Below, one piece after another: positions 60,301-64,000 of a stretch of 64,000 bases of DNA. The stretch is from NCBI GenBank assembly GCA_965644315.1, contig CBFFRQ010000029.1, forward strand, positions 1-64,000, given 5' to 3'. How positions within the stretch are numbered: the stretch's first letter is position 1; each line of letters opens with the position of its first letter. Made by a program: the position numbers and the translations under genes. This DNA comes from Caecitellus pseudoparvulus (lineage: Eukaryota; Protista; Bigyra: Bicosoecida). Under the pieces are notes generated by a model. The model was not told where the DNA came from and ran no database searches. It saw nothing but the letters and a program-made list of their open reading frames with translations.

Positions 60301-63300
60301 CGCCAGATGTGGCGAACTGCACAACCAGCGCCGAGAACTGGTTTGTGTTGAGGGCTTTGCCCGCAAACCGCTCCCGCACAGCTTGCTCTGCCAAGAGAAT
60401 CGCACCCTCAGCCTGTACCAGCGCACGGTCCCTGTCCCAGAAACACACGGAGTCAACTGCAGCGACACAGTCGCTGACGTACTGCTGCGCCTCAGCAGGC
60501 GTGCTCGCAACGAGGACAACAGTTTCAAACCCTTGCGTGACTACCGTTGGCGCGTTCACTGGGTCGGGGATGTGAGGCCGAGCGGTGAAGTGTGCGACGT
60601 ACTTGAACAGCAGGCGCGCCACAGGGTTCAGGACAAAGGCGTCCAGATTCAAGCTGGAGCCAGGGCCACCTTCGTAACACTCGCCCCCTCGTCCACCACA
60701 CCCGTCGTCAAAAGCACTGTTGCCGTTGAAGCGCTTGACGTACCCGGCTGAACCATCCGGGTCGTACAGCAGCGACCTTCCAATGGCGATTGCAGTGGAC
60801 CGGCCGAAGAAGCCGGCAGCTTGCTTGGCAGCCAGGCGGTACCCCAGAGCAGCGGAGCGGTACAGGGCAGGGATGACAGTGGCATCCCACGACCCGGGCT
60901 GGGTCATAGCCGTGGGGTTGGCCGGGACATCGGCGCCACCGCTGGGGTGCTCGAACAGCGTGCCAAGGTTTTGCAGGTTTAGATGCGGTGCGAGGGACTT
61001 GTCCTGCAGCATGCCAGCCACCAGGGCGGTGCGCAGCTCAGGCATGTCAACGGCGTCACGCACGAAGGTGTCGCAGGAAAGCTCCAGCACGAGGCGTGTT
61101 CCGCCGAACTCCACCGCGGCAGGCGAGGTGGTCTCATCCGGGTCTGATGCCAAGGGGACCAAGTCCCCAGAGAGCTTGACTGGCCACTCGTTCAGCGGTG
61201 TCGCGCTGATTGCGTGCATGCCTCCGGCACTCTCCCGCACGGTCAAGTGCCACGGTGCGGCTGCGGACATGTCCACACCGACCAGGTGGTTGGCACCTGA
61301 CGCAACCTGGTATGACTGTCCAGGTGCCCAGGTGTCTTGGATGTCACCAGATTCAACAGCGTTGCCACTGCTGCCATGCGGAACACCGCCCCAGCCAACG
61401 ACAATGTCGGAGCCAAACTCGCCCCGGAACCATTGGCTGGACACTGAAGGGTCCGCTGCTGCCCATGTCCCATTGGCAAGCTGCACTTGTGCACCAGCGC
61501 CAGCGGCATCGATGGCATCGTACCACTGCAGGGCCGCGTCGATGGCTGCTCCTGGTTCCAGCACAGAGCCCGAGCTGCTGGAGCCTGGTGCGGATGGCGT
61601 GCCGCCTGTGCTGAAGGCGCCAGGAAGGTTGACGGAGACGAAATGCGAGGAGGAATCCAACAACTCATCCAGCAAGTTCACGGAGCGGGCAAGGGTGTAG
61701 GGGGGAAGGGCAACGCCACGCGGGCGAGTTGACTCGGTGATAACCAAGTCTGGGTTGGCCGGCCGCCCGTGCGAGAGGGGGACGACTCGCAAGCACACCC
61801 CAGCAGTGCCAGGGGCGTTCTTGAGAGTGTAAGCAGCGTAACCACCTCGGGGCAGGCGGGCGCTGGTGACAGCTCCCGACGCCAAGTCAACTGTGGAGAG
61901 GGCCTGGAAAGACACAGTGGCCACCGAAAAGTCCAAGAACGCCCAGTCTTGGCTGAAGTCGGCAGCGTGCGCTGGAGAACGGGGCACGTCGACACTGGCA
62001 CGCAAGGCAAAGACGAGGCTCGTGGCATGCGTGCCGTTGAGCAGACCACCCGAGCCAAGGCTGGCCCCATCTATGTTCATGGAGCTTCTGACAAACGACA
62101 TGGGGCTGCCCAGGGCTGCCCCCAGGGCATCGTGGAACTGCACTTGCTTCACCTGGATGTCGTCACTGGAGAACGCCGCGGCGCCGGGAGAGGGGTACCT
62201 GCCAGGCAGGAACTTGGGCCGCCCAGAGAGGAAGGGGTCGTTCTCCACTGCGGGACTCTCGTGCAAGGGCAGGAAGGACGGGTTGGCAAATACCTCAGGC
62301 ACGACAGCCACAGCCACTGCCGGGTCCACCAGCTCCTCACCAGTGCTGTTGAAACGCAGCTGCGTCTGGATGGCAGCCTGCACAGGCACTGGGAGCGTAG
62401 CTGCTGCGCTGTGGGCATCCACAGCTGCGACAGAAGGATTCAGCGGCATCTCGAAATGCAGCCAAGAGTGAAGTGGCATGTGTACATGCTGCACAGCTCC
62501 AGGCACGAACGGGGCGATGGCACGGGCGGTGATGTCGAACGATGCGGCCCAATGCGACCTCGCGGACACGACGAGCAGCACGGTGTTAGCGGCTTCCATG
62601 CCGTGCCTGAACCAGGTGCGTGCGAGCTGCCCAGCAGCAGCTGCAGTGCTTCCCCCCGCAGGGCGGATGAAATCCAGCTTGTTGTGGGAGGGGAAGCCTT
62701 CCGCATGCACTGCGTCTTGCCCCACCCCCTCCGGGCCAGGGGGGCGCAGCTGCACGTCCAGCACCTCGGCATCCGACGTGCCCACGCCAAGCACCTCCAG
62801 AGACACAGCGTCGAGAACAGTGACCTCCACAACTGCCCCTGCAGGGTTGTCAGCCTTGCGCCGTCCACCAAGCACGGACTGTGGGAGGTTCTTGCCCAGC
62901 TGGCCGGCCACGGGCTGGCTGGACGCTGTGTCTGCCAAGCCCTTTGCCGCAGGCAGGGCACACAGCGTGCGCCACACAGCTTCATCGACTGTGCTGCTGG
63001 AGTGGTTGGCTGACTGTGGAACGTCGAAAGCCGAACGGAATGTTCGCACGAGGTCAGCCATAGCAGGGCTCCAATCTCCGGTCGCATGCACGCGGGCGTC
63101 GCCACCCAGGTACCCGCCCATGGCCGCTTGAAGCATGAGCTGCGCAAGGCGCAGGTCGTCATCGCTCGTAGAATGAGACGCAATGACTGGCCGCCGAGCG
63201 CACACGTCGGGAGTCCGCTGCACAGAGACAGAGAGGCGTCCAGTGCCCGAGGGCAGTCGCACCGCATACACTCTGTGATCGCCCGCGGCAACCGAGCCGC

Positions 63301-64000
63301 GTAGTGCCGAGCCAGTCACGGCATAGAGTACTTCTGAACTTGCCACGCGAGCATGGTACGGTCCAGCTGTGGCAGTGCCTGCGCCCCGTCGGGGCTTCAC
63401 ACTGGCTCGGGTGACGGCTGTACGAGAGGCTTCCCCGCAGATGCCGAAGCTGCCAATGTTGGTGGCACCAGGGGGAGCTGCCGCCGCCAACGCAGCTGAA
63501 GCTGCGCAGGGCATGAAGAGGCGCTCCTCCCCCGCTGGCATGTCCATGCTCGCAACGCGCGAGATGCCTGACGAGTCGGTGAAGGAGTACGCCGCCCCTG
63601 CAGGGGTTCTCCAGCGGGCACTTGACACGGCGCCGCTGCTCGCAGGGTGCTGAGTGTCTTGTGATGCCGCAGCAAGGGTGAGGCCAGCGTCAGTCATGGC
63701 CCACGCAAGGTCCACGTCCGCTGCGGCAACGCCAGGCAGGTCGTCAGCAGGCAGGGAAGCAGCGAAATAGCCCACAGCCCGGGAGCCAGCCAGGGACAGG
63801 AGAGCAGCACGCTGTGGCACGTCCCCGCTTGCGGGAGTGAAGGTACCTTCCACCTCTGCCGCGCTGCCCAGGGCAGGAAGCACTGCGACTCCACCCCGGA
63901 CGACGAACTGGCACAGGCTGGTGCCCGACGCTGCCACATTGCTTGCCACGAGGCCAGCAGCGGCAGCCGCGCCTGCTGCACACCTGACAGTAACGAACAT
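48302..64000 (-). CDS. Giant multidomain peptidoglycan hydrolase (PG-binding domain, 3x GH24 lysozyme, 4 intact + 1 degenerate M15 peptidase, 21 EGF-like repeats); probably 5'-partial
   Basis: 5,232 open codons reaching the window edge. GH24 motifs HFEG...SIGYGH...LNANQFSALVSF...RRHAE. M15 motifs SWH[NQ]YGLA[IC]D + DxxH (three times) and SAHQSGRALD + DPGH. Confidence 0.9.
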   Translation of the reverse strand: MFVTVRCAAGAAAAAGLVASNVAASGTSLCQFVVRGGVAVLPALGSAAEVEGTFTPASGDVPQRAALLSLAGSRAVGYFAASLPADDLPGVAAADVDLAWAMTDAGLTLAAASQDTQHPASSGAVSSARWRTPAGAAYSFTDSSGISRVASMDMPAGEERLFMPCAASAALAAAAPPGATNIGSFGICGEASRTAVTRASVKPRRGAGTATAGPYHARVASSEVLYAVTGSALRGSVAAGDHRVYAVRLPSGTGRLSVSVQRTPDVCARRPVIASHSTSDDDLRLAQLMLQAAMGGYLGGDARVHATGDWSPAMADLVRTFRSAFDVPQSANHSSSTVDEAVWRTLCALPAAKGLADTASSQPVAGQLGKNLPQSVLGGRRKADNPAGAVVEVTVLDAVSLEVLGVGTSDAEVLDVQLRPPGPEGVGQDAVHAEGFPSHNKLDFIRPAGGSTAAAAGQLARTWFRHGMEAANTVLLVVSARSHWAASFDITARAIAPFVPGAVQHVHMPLHSWLHFEMPLNPSVAAVDAHSAAATLPVPVQAAIQTQLRFNSTGEELVDPAVAVAVVPEVFANPSFLPLHESPAVENDPFLSGRPKFLPGRYPSPGAAAFSSDDIQVKQVQFHDALGAALGSPMSFVRSSMNIDGASLGSGGLLNGTHATSLVFALRASVDVPRSPAHAADFSQDWAFLDFSVATVSFQALSTVDLASGAVTSARLPRGGYAAYTLKNAPGTAGVCLRVVPLSHGRPANPDLVITESTRPRGVALPPYTLARSVNLLDELLDSSSHFVSVNLPGAFSTGGTPSAPGSSSSGSVLEPGAAIDAALQWYDAIDAAGAGAQVQLANGTWAAADPSVSSQWFRGEFGSDIVVGWGGVPHGSSGNAVESGDIQDTWAPGQSYQVASGANHLVGVDMSAAAPWHLTVRESAGGMHAISATPLNEWPVKLSGDLVPLASDPDETTSPAAVEFGGTRLVLELSCDTFVRDAVDMPELRTALVAGMLQDKSLAPHLNLQNLGTLFEHPSGGADVPANPTAMTQPGSWDATVIPALYRSAALGYRLAAKQAAGFFGRSTAIAIGRSLLYDPDGSAGYVKRFNGNSAFDDGCGGRGGECYEGGPGSSLNLDAFVLNPVARLLFKYVAHFTARPHIPDPVNAPTVVTQGFETVVLVASTPAEAQQYVSDCVAAVDSVCFWDRDRALVQAEGAILLAEQAVRERFAGKALNTNQFSALVVQFATSGGSVWPDAHLQETMATGDWSNVCARMMTYINTEASCFDDDLVLQRHLECILFWTPVATPDRDAPTLRFIRDTDASWRESVPRNPVGRDTFVVAHILANTTAPASLSTPRCTSSRSRRALLVSPGYAQHNLERAQALSSSRQAPRALQAAAAPDPTIIVPFWQLEAPPADPSVSSAPTGLRSGVPPVVGAVSYAAPAAGVVHGVNGTLPFDNATAYTDSCGGRGEACGAGGSGSTTDYDRLWTTPRGVELIRHFEGWTPYAFFGAYDPPGMVSIGYGHVIAEHKTARDAHYDGYDFTKEPQMDAWLVDDIGQAEACVRRYAGDVPLNANQFSALVSFVFSLGCHRFSNPATSSLQRALRAGHYDRVCSEFRKWTLSRSGSTIAGGMVKRRHAECILFWTPLGEDPAATQPLHRMPVLFSIQPLLPAGFKPGDAFPAFNLTVDASLSGAASGGALLESSRAYVLAHNASAALNHMASADLTRMYGAILGAPRVSRVFPPVLASGLDSQSEQLTAARGPSDVISPDAEVPGAAVFRRHSPNRLSITLPSIPDFEPLNTTTVTVQVPGSLLTSGISSPALGQVVLVPDGMTVEQYVLERETAQLMVDFDAMDQAASYRKRFRETQIDPRRKLDAENMEILSRAGDSAKTLAHMAAVEAKKRTRRELRSVTQPDGSVRLVEHKLSDAEVEALEDTGARRIMRAVHGRRAEMVWRHSNDLRWGKTLQEATDECYRCPGEDEKCGSGVIVKGLTQQLIGMLVCVSGNIFSNIDKDATNHHPVANMLSLEPSAKENPYLQKATADALKKKIEYRRSVDASNRNIVIQVNSALRSAAQQQVLRRWKFLGNTPGHPGNQHSGCGIRPNTPVGSPGRSAHQSGRALDMDHASWTGWKPYFLERTTAAQGGRWVEVAYDPGHFNVPTNFPGIKNVQSKTLEAFQLLWNYNVNASMLRLEVDSAYGQMTEMALMASPADGFPKGAPADCDLQAIRSVQEACVNCDRGARQEYYAFYKSALVSFLASRAQANMRNIFCRYQRPGNCNYMKWDPNEPETPWAGPPMTQPAAGECEDDCEDDTPTSTGVLQTDDGGYTWSFPWSCNTDDGEGNSIFCPQPGWFPFTPSDGCSSPSNCAPSPTPSPAALSWRMNTAASPSAAAKPNPQLGTYTGSGAIQSSRKPLDNPKCHPEVVKRATLLLNRLQEEGMRSMVVDCWRGCADQEAAYRSGASKARCGSSWHQYGLAIDVYMRDSSWDPSTVPEAWWRRYADLSYEYGFTLAGLDFRGSFKDRPHVEFHPNIDGSPREWKNLILDDSLSGLQAAWALIEARFDGGSRRRELGGPAPAAAPAPAALPPPSGPVNLRRVLNTCNGGPAASASASPVVSDRPAPSITPTPIQTDPSACPDNSAFDAAIRRCKCNAGFIMTPERQCVSAVDPRCVPYAFWSPINAKCTCIDGYIKLTDGQCANAAAGGGQGEGTTKHDCGAYAYYDGAAGQCQCIGGFARAEDGECVAVQGAANSGGLACPANAYALFSEDGMAGTCVCVEGLVMQGDMCLPCPSNSREVGGVCKCRDGYSRVDGVCAPCPPGSTAVDGHCLCDENFQPTAVGQCARCPEYARWDSDRVCECRGYYGNPDAFVGPHMRGGMCMPPPEGSVFWEPWAPANETHCPDFSSYSPAAQSCFCDDGYYMSGGVCNLCPAHSTEVRGTCVCEPGFVKSPVSGLCVACGQHQVVKGGNCVCVDGYTMINAQCVSLQANPNTPSTNVTVVCPPNSEYQAGIGMCTCTGPYANFGGQCLPCPDNSHKDGGVCVCNNGFIRDRDAQCIQCPPNSREEDGVCVCSTGYEMTDAGCAPLDSLPDTSSMCGSGMSLDTTSGQCACSSSSQAAHGGTCKDCTQAQHGSVVGGRCECNLGYKYDGAAGWPCEACPPGRRSVDGECGCLPGFVLAHGSCVKERRPSREIVQCPVNAYWDPRAGSCVCATGFKMHDFECAPASTVPQAQSLLASLYPSYECPDDSYFDEKSASCVCHAGHILITRNSTSFSGTVTISSSCEEDKAAATNCIHGRTYDAQLGSCDCPEPGDIPVEGLCMRNPYNLDATGAVPDGSNSTLGTDELGACPENAEFDHDQGRCVCKAPYVQDGNMCVEPNDDAFGLTTDDGSPFTGLFGSGSSYEGIGTSTIPDDQVDDDWWNTKDATSAYSSDDFKWSSDDFGQQGFDDDDASTSLFGDDPSHTWTDDDWGVWATDGSDDTFQFGDDDGTAKFDLIDDDSGASSGSGAGDDQWWVADDATANGASTSDPNVGQPAPAGNVRVRGGDLDQAWPWEDASASDDAFNPFLDTSRTFWGGVADAGSSAAIARAGQRGLRRKATPHPAFSVEELYGPGATLRTHGRGLQAIFNHGVSGYGMEVRTEIEACSTASGSGAVLGFCLKGEAGASPDASGALAVPMRPGIADRLMKAPSRSVKLPSMPLTNAVRVGHVMHGSHFDKARTSGQQTGSVQDVAVAEPAAVCHLPSLNRVVHQLADDVKCLLPEALSSVSAVPGIALSERAADLPLLQTAAWKALSSAMGSWIATERAALFKSHMETAHQAWLDSLPASAFVEGNQTIDDLPPLPLSAGNAAGTTNTLSVRGPDPSGISALLPAWPIADKRAAEVAAEAAAAAWTPPDMSVTTLFRPFAEHASLAMNGLCGLRDDSRVRPKDPEPVDAFGKGYLSQGIAFLAHEDTVAPGAHAALTAHGWARTHVIVEKSTSTASSFAAGTPAQQAFAHGLVQYAFSPKVALSDVYGASILGFQLRWNHNVEQLLGTVNPLLTLGRRRLVEDANPSPGVFSALELVPREGLPRDGACGCPTSVELVGAVRVADAAAGKACLVEKPRAAYPVDKHGAAHWQVQSPSLCGAYARWASKCKMFSGAGSEAPERFSELSGAASRDGFTAASDQSDAMLEASADDFSESNEPNSPTQARKVELEAAGRGLWGEAFEDMSLRHAVQEAKDLRSSISVADAAFSGWKDAQLSTPSTNNPSVDDDVFEGLLEDDDIFEGVPGLPSRRALAEEALRRQVVRNNARNLGLFDWMLGPGDANQPSYTQEDEFAPGETAFEFTTDPHEVNGDQPNAAASTGSAAQPGPFDADFDAAASGPPGGAHYPFDPNQPPQWLAAQGGGWLFGTPDGFDAQDAPAQSSREGSGTADWGFYDYDQAFGTFYSADDGSFFANSFWGVSYTSTQSGAAGQNGNNNCAQTGTGSDPNDPLGDPLFQDDAFAPSDDLYVPNGPQCSPAAGSTGGGSQGGPDKTLPGGGSNGGCPSQYEYKDPQTDTCECVTGYYRQSPTSACEPFQNNRQRPVKDHDPRGVLVVDEVHPEVKRLALRTATLLQNEGYDPYVFEAYRSWARQDQLYNQGGVTQARAGQSWHNYGLAIDLIFYASNGRDPSWAESHPWDRVGALGKQAGFTVWGGDWTSFKDRPHLEYHPGFTGRSRDLIPVYNGQTGSILSKLQAVWTHLSIGVSGSGTTSPSSPPSASTPPAASASSTPAVTPSSTTVANTNHPAFDPRGKLDDPLVHPDVRRMAIETVLDLQAEGYSPYVFECYRSHADQNAAYQRGNSKVTAGGSWHNYGLACDIIFYNSATGRPDWDNGHPWARLGAVGKANGFTEWGGDWKSFFDGPHLQYHPGHRNRARDLQPAYDAAAGNGIEAGIKAAWTFLGVGVDGTAAPSSSPAARRPSPSRTPTSTPAPSSSSTSAPSTTPSPSATPDPSSNSGTTTTGSATCSQGGAASQGLAAYNEDDAKNVRDLCAGRGNNCHSGGCGASTDLSLFSLNDAGLQLILEEEGEAGIFYYGGVKHHCPFIGAADHPWVVTQGYGNVIYHGKGQGDVAKARRIRDDCRSAECCWTDAEARANLKKHVQDKSEATVRRFFSGRTLNANQFSALVSGFFNVGSFAGPGTDSGWPFRSDNYKYVCRGTFNLFVKASGCIARGLVRRRIRECVLFWTPVDEAVNLPNRDTIGARLDPRLPPGQGYPERLTKYYGKGSPC
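48428..49025 (-). other. GH24 lysozyme domain 3 (C-terminal)
   Basis: LNDAGLQLILEEEG...VVTQGYGN...LNANQFSALVSGFFNVG...GLVRRRIRECVLFWTP. Confidence 0.85.
49280..50348 (-). other. M15C-like L-Ala-D-Glu endopeptidase domains 2 (about 50348-49880) and 3 (about 49747-49280)
   Basis: EAYRSWARQDQLY...ARAGQSWHNYGLAIDL...WGGDWTSFKDRPHLE and ECYRSHADQNAAY...GGSWHNYGLACDI...WGGDWKSFFDGPHLQ. Confidence 0.9.
53930..56150 (-). repeat. Array of 20 four-cysteine EGF-like protein repeats (C...CxC...C) inside the giant ORF
   Basis: Units such as CPSNSREVGGVCKCRDGYSRVDGVC and CPDNSHKDGGVCVCNNGFIRDRDAQC, counted by eye. A 21st unit lies at about 50480-50380. Confidence 0.85.
56370..56815 (-). other. M15C-like L-Ala-D-Glu endopeptidase domain 1
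   Basis: HPEV...DCWRGCADQEAAY...ARCGSSWHQYGLAIDV...FKDRPHVEF. Confidence 0.85.
57390..58125 (-). other. M15 (VanY/D,D-peptidase-fold) zinc peptidase with C-terminal PG-binding-like tail
   Basis: VNSALRSAAQQ, PGRSAHQSGRALD and YDPGHF, followed by AFQLLWN...VDSAYGQMTEMALMASPADGF. Confidence 0.8.
59108..60710 (-). other. GH24 lysozyme domains 1 (about 60710-60140, degenerate) and 2 (about 59660-59108, intact)
   Basis: Copy 2: GVELIRHFEGWTPYAFFGAYDPPGMVSIGYGH...LNANQFSALVSFVFSLG...FRKW...GMVKRRHAECILFW. Copy 1 keeps LNTNQFSALV and ECILFWTP but lacks the FEG Glu. Confidence 0.85.
62960..63165 (-). other. Peptidoglycan-binding-like (PG_binding_1-type) domain within the giant ORF
   Basis: DDDLRLAQLMLQAA...ATGDWSPAMADLVRTFRSAFDV...STVDEAVWRTL resembles the consensus 'dV..lQ..L....dG.fg..T..AV..FQ....dG.vg..Tw..L'. 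Confidence 0.65.

Noticed and set aside
48302-64000. Prophage lysis cassette or bacterial contaminant
   Set aside because: A single fused ORF with EGF-like Cys-rich repeats, no holin, structural or integrase genes, and contiguous with spliced eukaryotic genes.

Overview
GC-rich, gene-dense eukaryotic nuclear DNA. Introns are mostly 63-130 nt (longest about 300 nt), GT-AG type, with GTGCGT/GTGAG donors, CTCAC/CTGAC-like branch points and YCAG acceptors. Gene content suggests a heterotrophic stramenopile-like protist (inference). Genes in order: RCC1-repeat protein (partial), carboxylesterase-fold protein lacking its catalytic Ser, GLUT-type sugar porter, ERO1, HIS7 (HisHF), FkbH-like HAD-IIIC protein, G-protein beta-like WD40 protein, histone H2A.Z, a hypothetical protein, a PAF-acetylhydrolase-like lipase, a ~3,600-aa armadillo-repeat protein, UBC4/5, DAD1/OST2, a NAK-kinase/ANTH/ArfGAP/TKL-kinase fusion and an IQ-WW tandem-repeat protein. 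The highlight is a 15.7-kb uninterrupted ORF (48302 to the window edge, minus strand, at least 5,232 aa). It strings together a peptidoglycan-binding domain, three phage-type GH24 lysozyme domains, four intact M15 zinc-peptidase domains (three L-Ala-D-Glu endopeptidase-like) plus one degenerate copy, and 21 four-Cys EGF-like repeats, punctuated by R-x-L/RR-x-L motifs. It looks like a giant bacteriolytic peptidoglycan-hydrolase (poly)protein built from phage/bacterial modules in a eukaryote. Domain calls come from motif recognition by eye; no searches were run.
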